From NCBI GenBank assembly GCA_000004985.1, contig GG738852.1: DNA of 64,000 nucleotides. One strand, written 5' to 3'. The first letter of the stretch is position 1; each line of letters opens with the position of its first letter. The notes below the pieces were generated by a model that saw only the letters and a program-made list of their open reading frames with translations, was not told where the DNA came from and searched no databases. A program made the translations under genes and the position numbers. This stretch comes from Naegleria gruberi. Lineage: Eukaryota. Positions 1 through 10,047 of this stretch are shown here, in pieces.

Positions 1-416
1 ACTCACAACTTGTCAGAAAGAGATCCAATAATCGTTCCAAAAATCATACTACTAAAGAATCCAAATATAAACAACCTAGATATTGTCTCAATTTCATATC
101 CGTACGATTCATAGAGAACATATACATAGGCTCCTATTTTCATCACACACAATAATTTTGACAATTATTCAAAAAGTCGTCATCTTACCTTGAAGCCAAT
201 CACTAAAAGTCATACACAAATACACAACCAAATAATTATTTTGAAATTTTGCAAATGTATTCAATGTGCTCTGAGTGAGATTTGTTGTTGTTGACGATAA
301 AGTAGTAGTAGTAACATTCCGATTATAATAGCCAACACAATTCAGTAGTAAACAAATGACCAATAAAATACCATTGATGAGGAGAAGCATTTTTTGAAAG
401 TGAGGAAAATAAGAAA

Positions 417-430
417 TTGTGGCGGGAAAT
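417..430. promoter_or_regulatory. E2F-like GC box (TTGTGGCGGGAAAT) ~60 bp upstream of ATG 487
   Basis: Isolated GGCGGGAAA core in otherwise AT-rich spacer; matches E2F consensus TTTSGCGGGAAA; same motif recurs at 1685. Confidence 0.35.
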
Positions 431-486
431 ATGAAACTCTTTGGAATAATTATTAAATGTGATTAAAAATCAAACAATTGCTTATT

Positions 487-1593
487 ATGAAAAGGTGGAA
501 AATTGAATTAGTTGGGAAATTATTGAAAAAAATGATAAGTGGACAAGCTGTTGAAACTTTTTCTGATTCAATCGGAGTGAATTTTCTTCCCAGAGAAATT
601 GTCTTTGAAATTTTACAGTATTGCAATTGTATTGATATGATTCTTGCGTGCAGTAAAGTTTGTTGTGAGTGGAGAGAAGTGTCATTTGTATTGATTTCGG
701 ATCAGTGTAAAGATTTGATCAAGAAATTCAAGATTAAATTATTGAATGATTCTGATAGAAGTAATTTAGTCAGATATTTAATAAGAAGGGAGGTATTGAA
801 TCTTGCTCGCAAGACTATTTCAAAATTCAACCAAAATTCAATTGGAAATTATTTTGAAAATAGAGAGACGGAAATTACACAATTGAAAGGTTACTTTTCA
901 CAATTTACAGATTTGCCAAACAAGCTGGAAAATTCAACTATCAAACCAGAAAAACAAGAGAAGGTAGAATCTGATAGTAGTAATCAATTATTTGGGGCCT
1001 TCTCTCGATTTGTTTCAAGTTTCTTTTCAGATTCCAGAATTGATTCATCTACAAATGAGATACCTTTTAAAAGGAGAATTGTAAAAGTTTTAATGAAAGG
1101 AGCTCTCCTATCTGGAAAGACATCATTTATTAAGTGTTCAATAATGAAAAGACCTGTCGATGGAACTATTCGAAATTCAATTCTGCCAGATTTTGGCATG
1201 GTAGAGAGGCAGCTGGACAATGATTTGAGAATTACAACTCAATTATGGGATGAACATCGATACAACAAACCAACAGAATTTTCCAACGTGTTTGCTGTCA
1301 TATTAACCATCGATCCATATAATGTTATAACCCTTAATGAATTGAAAACTTTTATTGAGCCAATCAAAGAGAAACTGAATTCGACCATTGAAGTAATACT
1401 AGTACAGACCAAGAAGGATTTACAAAATGAACGAAATGAAAGAGTAAGATATCTTTCAGAAGAACCATTCGAACAATTTTCCTTTAGAAATTTCAGAGGT
1501 GGTTTATCACACAATATTTCCAACACTAACATTGAAGAACCATCTCTGATTCTTTGGTATTGTACCCTATTGAATTATCTCATGATGCCATAA
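487..1593 (+). CDS. F-box domain protein with C-terminal Ras-like small GTPase domain
   Basis: Track ORF 478..1593 begins with TTG; first ATG at 487 (MKRWKIE). N-terminal F-box (LPREIVFEILQYC...CCEWREV). C-terminal half has P-loop GALLSGKTS, a degenerate DxxGQ (LWDEH) and an NKxD-like TKKD. Confidence 0.55.
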   Translation: MKRWKIELVGKLLKKMISGQAVETFSDSIGVNFLPREIVFEILQYCNCIDMILACSKVCCEWREVSFVLISDQCKDLIKKFKIKLLNDSDRSNLVRYLIRREVLNLARKTISKFNQNSIGNYFENRETEITQLKGYFSQFTDLPNKLENSTIKPEKQEKVESDSSNQLFGAFSRFVSSFFSDSRIDSSTNEIPFKRRIVKVLMKGALLSGKTSFIKCSIMKRPVDGTIRNSILPDFGMVERQLDNDLRITTQLWDEHRYNKPTEFSNVFAVILTIDPYNVITLNELKTFIEPIKEKLNSTIEVILVQTKKDLQNERNERVRYLSEEPFEQFSFRNFRGGLSHNISNTNIEEPSLILWYCTLLNYLMMP

Positions 1594-1684
1594 CTTTTTC
1601 TCATTTCATTAATTAATTTATTCTCAATTAACTACGTATTTATATTATCAAAACAGAATCTTTGCTTTGAAAAAATGTAATAAT

Positions 1685-1697
1685 TTTTGGCGGGAAA
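1685..1697. promoter_or_regulatory. E2F-like site TTTTGGCGGGAAA 30 bp upstream of AAA-ATPase ATG
   Basis: Textbook E2F-type motif TTTGGCGGGAAA directly 5' of the ATG at 1726, in front of a katanin-like cell-cycle gene. Confidence 0.45.
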
Positions 1698-1725
1698 CAA
1701 GTCATTTAAAATTAGCCTTAAAAAA

Positions 1726-3777
1726 ATGCCTGAGGAATCCATCTACAAGAACAACTCATCTGGCATTGCTTCGATATTCTCAGCACATGCGGGTGGTAGT
1801 AATAATGTACAATCCATTCAACCAACGAGGGTTGCTTCGAGAGTAGGCTCTGCAAAAGCACCAACATCATCAGCGAATAGAACTCATACAACAACAACAT
1901 CGTCATCAGCAAGACAACCAGTAAAATCAAATAGAATCGGATCGACCTATGATAAGACCTTTCATAACAAGGTAGATAAGTTGGTGTCGGATCCAATTAG
2001 ACAAGTAACAGGGAGGAAGAATATTCTTGCTAAGGAAGGTGTAATGCCTACAAAACCAACTGATATTGAGAATAATGCTGTGCGAGGAACGGTGGCAAAA
2101 AAACTAGGAGTACAACCTAGTAGGAATAATAATCAAGCAAAACTTACAAGACCTGTTAATGGTGCTTTTGGAAAGGATCAGTGGGAAATTGAATGGGATG
2201 ATAAGGATGAGAAATCTGAAAACATTATACCAAAACAATCAAAACCTTCAAACAATTTATCTGGTGACATTAATAGTATAAATTGGATCGAGAGACTTGG
2301 AAGAGGTAAATGTTCTTCCATTTGTGATGTGAATGGAAGACCAGTTACTAGTATTGAATCGAGCTCTTCTCATTGGTATATTTTAACTTATGAGGAAAAA
2401 TCATTCTTAGACATTGAAACCGAGGATTTTAACATTACCACTTCAATCAAAATTCAAAAAGGAAATGAAAACAGTTTATTTACTATCGTCCTTGACTATG
2501 GAATCAACAAGAGGTGCAAGGATGAGTACATTGCCATTGTAATGAACGTAGCCCAGAAATATTGGAAGATTGAACGAGTGGAAAATAAGAAAGTGGTACC
2601 AGTGCAACAGGCAATAGATAAGAGCTTGGCTCCTCTCAAATATATGGATATTTCTATATCTTTATCTGAGAGAAAGCTCACACTCAAAAACGATAATACT
2701 GAAATATTTACTGATGTTATTCTTCCAATATCTTCGGAAGGCTCTAAGGAGAGACGAGTTGGTCTTGGAGTCATGTCAGCCAAAGTTTCAATTTATGATT
2801 GGACAGTATTTGATCCAAAGACTCAAGAAAAGGAGGAAGATCTTCCGATTGCAGAGAGACCCCTACCTGATTACATTGACAAACACTTGGCTGAAATGAT
2901 AAAGAGAGATATTATAGAATTCAATCCAAATGTGACTTGGGAAAGTATTGCAGAATTGCACGATGCAAAGAGGCTTTTGAAGGAGGCAGTTGTACTTCCT
3001 CTCCTTATGCCTGACATTTTTGCTGGTTTACGATCTCCTTGGAAGGGAGTTCTGCTGTTTGGTCCACCTGGAACTGGTAAGACGATGGTTGCAAGGGCTG
3101 TGGCAACAGAAGGAAAGACCACTTTTTTCAATTGTAGTGCTTCCACTCTGGTTTCGAAATACCACGGAGAGTCTGAAAGATTGGTCAAGACACTTTTCCA
3201 AATGGCCAGATTGTTTAGTCCGAGTACAATTTTCTTTGATGAAATTGATGCCTTAATGATGACAAGAGGAAGCTCTTCAGAGCATGAAGCATCCAGAAGA
3301 CTTAAAAGCGAGATTTTGACCCAAATTGATGGTATCAATAGTCAAAGCAGTAGGGTCATGGTATTGGCAACGACGAACAAACCTTGGGATTTGGATGAGG
3401 CTATGAGAAGAAGACTAGAAAAGAGAATTTACATCCCTCTACCATATGAAAAAACAAGAGTATCCCTCTTTAATATTTTTTTAAAAGATCAAGAGATGGA
3501 AAGTGATGTTTCCACTGAGAGTCTTGCTGTCTTAACAGATGGATACAGTGGTGCAGACATTCATTTATTGTGTAGAGAGGCTGCTCTCAGACCACTGAGG
3601 AAGGAGCTTGATCATAGGTCAACTGAGGAAATTATGAAGTTGAAAGAACGAGGAGAGTTGAAACTCAGTCTCTGTATGGAAGATTTCTCAGAGTCAGTCA
3701 AAACAATGAAACCAAGCGTTTCTCAAAACGAAATTGAAAAGTATCAACAGTGGATGAAGGAATTCCAAAGTGTATAG
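1726..3777 (+). CDS. Meiotic-clade AAA ATPase (katanin p60 / fidgetin-like)
   Basis: Track ORF starts at TTG 1687; first ATG 1726 (MPEESIYK). Walker A GPPGTGKT and Walker B IFFDEID are present. The C-terminal ...EKYQQWMKEFQSV tail is typical of katanin/spastin/fidgetin. The ~400-aa S/T-rich N-terminus is low complexity. Confidence 0.8.
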   Translation: MPEESIYKNNSSGIASIFSAHAGGSNNVQSIQPTRVASRVGSAKAPTSSANRTHTTTTSSSARQPVKSNRIGSTYDKTFHNKVDKLVSDPIRQVTGRKNILAKEGVMPTKPTDIENNAVRGTVAKKLGVQPSRNNNQAKLTRPVNGAFGKDQWEIEWDDKDEKSENIIPKQSKPSNNLSGDINSINWIERLGRGKCSSICDVNGRPVTSIESSSSHWYILTYEEKSFLDIETEDFNITTSIKIQKGNENSLFTIVLDYGINKRCKDEYIAIVMNVAQKYWKIERVENKKVVPVQQAIDKSLAPLKYMDISISLSERKLTLKNDNTEIFTDVILPISSEGSKERRVGLGVMSAKVSIYDWTVFDPKTQEKEEDLPIAERPLPDYIDKHLAEMIKRDIIEFNPNVTWESIAELHDAKRLLKEAVVLPLLMPDIFAGLRSPWKGVLLFGPPGTGKTMVARAVATEGKTTFFNCSASTLVSKYHGESERLVKTLFQMARLFSPSTIFFDEIDALMMTRGSSSEHEASRRLKSEILTQIDGINSQSSRVMVLATTNKPWDLDEAMRRRLEKRIYIPLPYEKTRVSLFNIFLKDQEMESDVSTESLAVLTDGYSGADIHLLCREAALRPLRKELDHRSTEEIMKLKERGELKLSLCMEDFSESVKTMKPSVSQNEIEKYQQWMKEFQSV

Positions 3778-3790
3778 AATGAATAAATTA

Positions 3791-5242
3791 TTAAAATGTT
3801 TTCAATTCGAGATCAAAATATCCAGCTTCATCATTTTGATTTCTAACATCTTCATCATTGATACTGACAATGATTATAGAATGGCCATCGCAAAATACGC
3901 CTCTCACAGAACTATGTGGGAATGTGGCTTTTCCTGGAACTAATTTTTTGATCCATTTTGAAACTTCACCTATTTTAGAAGTGGTTTGAGCTTGTTCTTT
4001 GGTTTCGGTTGGTTCAGGTTTTTCTTCAATGATATCCTGATGTTCTATAATTTCAAAACTGTCTGCCCCATCAATGGTTTCTCTTAAATTGTCGGCTGGA
4101 ATGGTTTCATTTTCTGAAATGTTGTAATTAGAAGTGGTATTTAAAGTTTCCTTCTCCTTAGCTTCCAATTTGTTACCATTCTTCTTATTTACAACACTGG
4201 CTACACTTGCTATTGCTGGAGCAGAAGCTATTGTAGCTGTTGATAATCCACCTCCAACAACCAATGCTGCTCCACCTCCAATCAATCCCACACCTGTCAA
4301 AACTCCAGAAGCAATTCCAACACCAACAGCAACACTACCACAAACAGTTCCAATAATTGGTAGTGCTTTATCCCATGTTGTCAGTTGCTTGTGTTTGGAT
4401 GTATGCAATTTTCCAACTTCAACAGTGAAATGAACTCGTCCAACACCCTCGAATATCCCCATTCTATTTGGTGGTATAAGTAATTGATAGAGAGGACCTA
4501 CTTGAGACAATATTACATTGATGGGATGTTGTGTCCTATTGTCAATTAAAAGTGATCCTCCAAGAGCACCATTCATATAGAGCTTTCTAATAATGAGTGG
4601 TGTATGTATTATATTTGTTGAGAAATGAGGATATGTTTTTAATAATCGAGTCCAATAGATAAAATCCTGATTATTCATGTTGATAATTTCTTCCTCTTCC
4701 TCCGTTAAATTATTTACATCGAGCACCGAATCAGATACTTGAAATATTTGATGGTGTTCAAAATCATCATCGTTAGCAGTTGACACTGGCAAGCTTTCAA
4801 CAGTCACAATTTCAATATCATCATCATCATCCGAATCATCAATATCATTCATATTTACAATATAATTAGATCGTGGATCAAATATTTTGTGATTCTTTCC
4901 ATCCAAATAGTGTTTCCTCACATGTTCTCTACATAGAGCCAACTCACAATCTCCACAATAATAATTCGTTGGTATAATAGCATTCTGTTCATGAAGACAA
5001 ACATCACACGTTGGAAAGGCAAACCTTGCTGGAGCAATTGTTGTGGGCGATAGAGATTCTGTCATTGGACGAAAGGCTATTGTTGTCTGTTCTCCATCAC
5101 CATCACCAATTAATTCATGATTCGGATCGTTGGGTAAATGATTATCATCCGTATTGTCACCTCCCATCAATGTATTGGTTGCATTCTTGATGCTCCCGAA
5201 AAAACTTCCAACAAATGAATTGTTCAAGGTTGAAAAGACCAT
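3791..5242 (-). CDS. Hypothetical protein with B-box-type zinc finger and glycine-zipper TM segment
   Basis: ATG verified (atggtcttttc). Has a CDVCLHEQ...YYCGDCELALCREHVRKH Cys/His cluster, an acidic D/E tract, and a G/A/V-rich GxxxG repeat hydrophobic segment. Confidence 0.5.
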   Translation of the reverse strand: MVFSTLNNSFVGSFFGSIKNATNTLMGGDNTDDNHLPNDPNHELIGDGDGEQTTIAFRPMTESLSPTTIAPARFAFPTCDVCLHEQNAIIPTNYYCGDCELALCREHVRKHYLDGKNHKIFDPRSNYIVNMNDIDDSDDDDDIEIVTVESLPVSTANDDDFEHHQIFQVSDSVLDVNNLTEEEEEIINMNNQDFIYWTRLLKTYPHFSTNIIHTPLIIRKLYMNGALGGSLLIDNRTQHPINVILSQVGPLYQLLIPPNRMGIFEGVGRVHFTVEVGKLHTSKHKQLTTWDKALPIIGTVCGSVAVGVGIASGVLTGVGLIGGGAALVVGGGLSTATIASAPAIASVASVVNKKNGNKLEAKEKETLNTTSNYNISENETIPADNLRETIDGADSFEIIEHQDIIEEKPEPTETKEQAQTTSKIGEVSKWIKKLVPGKATFPHSSVRGVFCDGHSIIIVSINDEDVRNQNDEAGYFDLELKTF

Positions 5243-5278
5243 TTTTTTGATTTTTTTTTAAAAATAGAGCTAATAATG

Positions 5279-5290
5279 TTGGCGCCAAAA
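5279..5290. promoter_or_regulatory. Palindromic E2F-like site TTGGCGCCAAAA in divergent promoter
   Basis: Lies between the minus gene starting at 5242 and the plus gene starting at 5353. Matches the high-affinity palindromic E2F site TTTGGCGCCAAA. Confidence 0.4.
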
Positions 5291-5352
5291 TTTTGTTCCA
5301 ACAAGCATTCGAATTCATTTTTTAAAAAAACCGTTTAATATTATTTAAAAAA

Positions 5353-7062
5353 ATGAGTGAATTGAAGGGAGTGCTTTCTTTTGCTTTTGATCGAATATTT
5401 GGATTGGGAGCAGAACCTTCCGAATCAAACTCTATCGGAGGTGATGGTGATGAATTAATGGAAGGAAGGGATGGTGTACAAAATGGAATTTTAAAGGCAA
5501 CATCACCCATTCATAAAATTCTCACCATTGATGCTGGTTCTTCTAAATTCAAGACTTGTTTTTTCGATTTGGAGAAGAAGGATGCATTTAGATGTGATGA
5601 AGCTAGTTCGGATAGGAAGGCCATGTATACTACGGTGGCTTTGATATTTAGCTTACTGGATTCGTCTGTGAAGAGGATACAAGTTGTTAATCAGGCCTAT
5701 CCTCTTTCGCATCATGTTTCGTTGAATAGAGGAGAGGCATATGTATTCTTTTATAATTGGAAAAATTTAGTCTTTCCAATATCTGATATGATAAATGAAC
5801 GAAAGTCACCCTCTCCTTCTAAAAAGGATTTGACCTATTGTGATGAAAAGACACTATTAATTGGATCAGAGAATATAGAAATTTCTGCAGAGGGAGTTTA
5901 TGTACGAGTTAACAAGGCACATGTGGAAAAAGCAAGATTATTTACTGGAAATTTGCCATTTGTTCTCGAGACTGGGGATAAGATTCTCTTCTCTAAGGAG
6001 GACATTGTTAGGGAACTGTTTCAATATTGTATATATTCACATGCACAATTACCTAATGGTGTGTCAGTTAGCGATTGCTATATATTTGCTTCGATACCTT
6101 CTAAGGTTTTATTTAGAGAAAGAGAAATGCTTCGTGATATTATTAAGAATGTATCCAAGACTGAAAATGTACATTTAGTGAAAGAAGCTGTAGCTCTTTG
6201 TTATTATTTCTACTATTCCTATAATAGAAATGAACAGTTTGAGATAAAGAAGGAAAATGCACCTAAAGCAGTCGCAATTGATATTGGACATTACAGCTCT
6301 GATATTGCTGTTATGGAACTTGTTGATGAGAATAGTATTCGCATGAATAGTGCTTATTGTCTTTATCATGGTGGGCATAAGTTAACCATAGATTTGCTTA
6401 ACATAATGAAGACCCAAGAGCAAGTTGGTACATTGAAGAATAATGAGGAGGAATTCTGGAAGGAAGTCTCAAAAACCAATGAATGTAAAGAAACCATATT
6501 CAATTTAGATACAAAGTGGAACAAGGAGGGAAACTATGAATCTGGTCAGGATGGATGTATTATTGACAATATTTTCCTACCAATTGACTCTATCAAATTA
6601 ATGATGGAAATGAATTTTTCAGATGTCATAGAGACAGCCAAGAAATTAGTGGTGGAGAACTCCAGTCAATATTTAATTTTAGGAGGACCTGTTTCAAAAA
6701 CAAAGCTATTCAGAAATTATATTAGAGGAGTTTTAGGATCAATGTGTGAAATTGTATTCACCAAGAACTTGTTTGATATTTGTATTGGAACTTTTCTGTA
6801 TGCTTGCAATAGAATTTCTCAACCTTTGAATTTTATTTCCTCTCAATCAACCACCTCAGATACTAGTGTACTTTCATCACCCTCATCTGTCAAGTTCACT
6901 AACCTTTCTCCAATTGACCATGTATTTCTTTTCACTGCTAAAGCAATTGTTTGTACAAAAGTTCCAGAGTATATCAACAAGAGATTTAGAGGAATAAGTC
7001 GTGAAATGTACAATCAAATGATTGAAGATAGTAGGTATTTGTTTTTATTTAATAGATTATAA
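5353..7062 (+). CDS. Hypothetical protein with weak actin/Hsp70-like ATPase-fold motifs
   Basis: ATG start. 569 aa. AVAIDIGHYSSDIAV resembles a phosphate-1 motif and LILGGPVSKTKLFRNYIRGVLG an adenosine motif. This is inference only. Confidence 0.4.
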   Translation: MSELKGVLSFAFDRIFGLGAEPSESNSIGGDGDELMEGRDGVQNGILKATSPIHKILTIDAGSSKFKTCFFDLEKKDAFRCDEASSDRKAMYTTVALIFSLLDSSVKRIQVVNQAYPLSHHVSLNRGEAYVFFYNWKNLVFPISDMINERKSPSPSKKDLTYCDEKTLLIGSENIEISAEGVYVRVNKAHVEKARLFTGNLPFVLETGDKILFSKEDIVRELFQYCIYSHAQLPNGVSVSDCYIFASIPSKVLFREREMLRDIIKNVSKTENVHLVKEAVALCYYFYYSYNRNEQFEIKKENAPKAVAIDIGHYSSDIAVMELVDENSIRMNSAYCLYHGGHKLTIDLLNIMKTQEQVGTLKNNEEEFWKEVSKTNECKETIFNLDTKWNKEGNYESGQDGCIIDNIFLPIDSIKLMMEMNFSDVIETAKKLVVENSSQYLILGGPVSKTKLFRNYIRGVLGSMCEIVFTKNLFDICIGTFLYACNRISQPLNFISSQSTTSDTSVLSSPSSVKFTNLSPIDHVFLFTAKAIVCTKVPEYINKRFRGISREMYNQMIEDSRYLFLFNRL

Positions 7063-7107
7063 TGAATCATTAAAGTATATGGATTGGAAAAGACTAAACG
7101 ATTGAAC

Positions 7108-8037
7108 ATGTACAATCTCGAAGACAAGAATGTTCTTGATATTGATACAAGACAAGAAAGACCAACACGCCCAATAGTTTCTTACTTTTCACTTGAGGGA
7201 GATCAGGAGTATATCGACATTGAGATTTACAATGCCACTCTTGAAGAGAGCTCAATTCTCAAATACAAACGGGATATGGCTGTTAAAGGATTTTATTTCG
7301 ATCCAAAATATCAACGTAATTACAGGAGAATTTACACAGAGAGAGGAGCAGAAATATTCGGTTTACAAGAAATGAATTTTGTGAGGAGAGTTAAAATTGT
7401 TGGATTTCCAAAATTCAATCAAAAGAAGAGAAAAATCAAGAAACTAATGGAAACTTGGGGTCATAGTAAGGATGAAATTGATTTTTGTTTGGCAAGTTGC
7501 CGATTCGATTATCAAATTGATAGTGATGACAACCTGATAATACAAGTTTCAAATTTGATTGAAGCGATCAATTTTAATCCAATTGAAATTCACACCAGTT
7601 CAATGATCCCTTGTAACATTTCAGATGCACTCTCAGAGGAAGTTCAGGATAAATTCGAACAAATAGAAGAATTAGTTGTCAATATTGATTTAAAGGATGA
7701 TGTTATTGAATATTTGGAAAAATCCAAGTCAGTCTCTGCTTTGAGATTTTCTGGAAGAGCAAATGGGAAAACACTCAGAACCAGAGGTTTGGATATTCTT
7801 GCCCTGTTGAATGATATGAGTTCTACGACAAGTGAAGCTCCAGGAGAACCCCAACTCGACGAAGCAGAATCAGATCATCAAGACAATAAGAGAGGTCGAG
7901 ATGAATTTGAAGATGAAGATGTTTACAATACATCTCCACCAAGGAAGTGTAGTCCTCCACAAAAGCCCTCTCCACCACTCATTACAAAATCAGTAACATT
8001 TCGAACACAAGAGCAAATAGAAGAGTATTTTGACTGA
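7108..8037 (+). CDS. Hypothetical protein
   Basis: Track ORF 7084 starts at TTG; first ATG 7108 (MYNLEDKN). Acidic S/P-rich C-terminus. No recognised domain. Confidence 0.4.
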   Translation: MYNLEDKNVLDIDTRQERPTRPIVSYFSLEGDQEYIDIEIYNATLEESSILKYKRDMAVKGFYFDPKYQRNYRRIYTERGAEIFGLQEMNFVRRVKIVGFPKFNQKKRKIKKLMETWGHSKDEIDFCLASCRFDYQIDSDDNLIIQVSNLIEAINFNPIEIHTSSMIPCNISDALSEEVQDKFEQIEELVVNIDLKDDVIEYLEKSKSVSALRFSGRANGKTLRTRGLDILALLNDMSSTTSEAPGEPQLDEAESDHQDNKRGRDEFEDEDVYNTSPPRKCSPPQKPSPPLITKSVTFRTQEQIEEYFD

Positions 8038-8170
8038 TTGAACGTCTAAATTTGGAAAATTACCATTGCATATAATCTCAAAATGTTAAATTCCAAATCT
8101 GTCCGAGGGAACATATAACCATGCTAACCTTGTCAGAATATGGAAAATAAGCAAAAACAAAAAGAAAGAC

Positions 8171-9979
8171 ATGAAACGAATCAATAACAAGGTTATCTTT
8201 CTAATAGCTACTGTAATTGTAGCTTTGCTTGCATTAGGAGTTTCCGTCTCCTTGCAACAACAAGTATCTGCTCAAGCAGGTGCCCAAGCTAGTAGTAGTG
8301 GTGCTTCTGTTAATGCTGGAGGCCAAGCCAGTGCTGGAAATCAGAATAACACTCAAGGTGGTGGACAAGGGCAAGGACAAGGACAGCAACAAGGTGGCAC
8401 ACAAGGACAGAACAATACATCTACTCAAGAGTTGAACAAGTTTTTGAATCGTATTGATACTGATTTGAGAATGATTGGAAGCTTTATTGATAGATGTGCA
8501 GGTTTGCAGCAACAAGGCCCAGGTGGTCAACAAGGTGGTCAACCAGGTGGTCCTGGACAAGGACAATTTGGTCAACCAGGCGGACAAGGTGGAATGCCAC
8601 AACAACCTCAACCAATTCAAGACCAAGGACCTCCAACTCAACAACAACAACCTGAATCTATGTGGTATTCAATGTTGGGAATGATTGGCTTACAACAATC
8701 TCCTCAACCACAACTTTCTGCCCAACAACAATTCCCACAACCTTCTCCTCAACCACAGCAATCACCAGCTCAAGCTCAGCAATCACCACAACCTCAACAA
8801 TCACCGGTTCAAGCCCAACCATCTCCACAACCACAGCAATCACCAGCCCAACCTCAACAATCACCACAACCTCAACAATCACCAGTTCAAGCCCAACCTT
8901 CTCCACAACCTTCTACAGTTGGAGCTGGTGCTGGTAGTCAAGAAACTAGACAACAAATTGCTTGTGGAATTGTTACCAAGGCTGCCACTAACTTGTTGAA
9001 TAATACCATGAGTTTAGTTTCCACTGTTAGTAACAATACCCAAATCAGCTCATCACTCAAGCAAGCTGTTGCTCAATTGCTTATTAAGGCAAATTTATTG
9101 TCTTCCAATGCCAAGAATTCAAGTTGGACCAATTTCCTTACCTCATTTGATCAATATGCTGTTAGTTTCTCAGCCTTGCAACAATCTCTCTCCAGACGTC
9201 AACAACAAGGCGGCCAACAAGGAGGACAAGGACAACAAGGCGGCCAACAAGGTGGCCAACAACAAGGTGGTCAAGGACAGCAAGGTGGTCAATTCGGTCC
9301 TCCACAACAAGGTGGTCAACAAGGACAATTTGTGCCACCTCAACAACAAGGTGGTCAACAAGGTCAATTCGGTCAGGGACAACAACAAGGCGGTCAACAA
9401 GGCCAATTCCCTCCACAACAAGGTCAAGATCAACAACAATATTCCTATCCACAACAAGGTGGTCAACAAGGTCAACAATATCCACAACAGCCTTATCAAG
9501 GACAATATGGTCAAGGACAACAAGGAGGTCAACAACAATATCCACAACAGCCTTATCAAGGGCAACAACAATATGGTCAAGCAGGCCAATATGGTCAACA
9601 AGATCAATATGGTCAAGGTCAACAAGGTGGACAACAATATGGTCAACAGTATCCTTACCAAGGACAACAAGGAGGTCAACAACAATATGGCCAAGGTGGA
9701 CAACAATATGGTCAACAAGATCAATACGGTCAAGGACAAAGTCAATACGGTCAACAATATCCACAACAGCCTTATCAAGGTCAACAAGGACAAAGTCAAT
9801 ACGGTCAAGGACAACAAGGAGGTCAACAACAATATCAACCACAGTATCCAACACCTTTCTACCAAAATCCATACCAATACAGAAATCCATACTTTTACCA
9901 AAGCCCAAGTTATCAATACTATCAACCACCACAACAACAACAACAATATGAAGGCTATTATCCAGAATATTATTACTAA
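8171..9979 (+). CDS. Secreted Q/G/P/Y-rich low-complexity (prion-like) protein
   Basis: N-terminal signal/TM (VIFLIATVIVALLALGVSVS). Followed by degenerate repeats QQGGQQGQF, SPQPQQSPAQ and QYGQGQQGGQQQYPQQPYQGQ. Ends in a Y/P-rich tail. Confidence 0.55.
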   Translation: MKRINNKVIFLIATVIVALLALGVSVSLQQQVSAQAGAQASSSGASVNAGGQASAGNQNNTQGGGQGQGQGQQQGGTQGQNNTSTQELNKFLNRIDTDLRMIGSFIDRCAGLQQQGPGGQQGGQPGGPGQGQFGQPGGQGGMPQQPQPIQDQGPPTQQQQPESMWYSMLGMIGLQQSPQPQLSAQQQFPQPSPQPQQSPAQAQQSPQPQQSPVQAQPSPQPQQSPAQPQQSPQPQQSPVQAQPSPQPSTVGAGAGSQETRQQIACGIVTKAATNLLNNTMSLVSTVSNNTQISSSLKQAVAQLLIKANLLSSNAKNSSWTNFLTSFDQYAVSFSALQQSLSRRQQQGGQQGGQGQQGGQQGGQQQGGQGQQGGQFGPPQQGGQQGQFVPPQQQGGQQGQFGQGQQQGGQQGQFPPQQGQDQQQYSYPQQGGQQGQQYPQQPYQGQYGQGQQGGQQQYPQQPYQGQQQYGQAGQYGQQDQYGQGQQGGQQYGQQYPYQGQQGGQQQYGQGGQQYGQQDQYGQGQSQYGQQYPQQPYQGQQGQSQYGQGQQGGQQQYQPQYPTPFYQNPYQYRNPYFYQSPSYQYYQPPQQQQQYEGYYPEYYY

Positions 9980-10047
9980 ACTAATTGTGAGAAACTAACT
10001 GTACATATTATATACATCTCGTGAGATTAATAAAACTATTTATATAT

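Noticed and set aside
4134-4433. 99-codon plus-strand ORF inside the 3791–5242 minus gene
   Set aside because: It is antisense to the Gly-zipper region and mirrors its GGT/GCT repeats. It has no independent support.
9162-9946. Two long minus-strand ORFs (256 and 258 codons) antisense to the Q/G-rich gene
   Set aside because: They are an artefact of the CAA/GGT/CCA repeat structure. Their products are poly-L/V/D nonsense with no start context.
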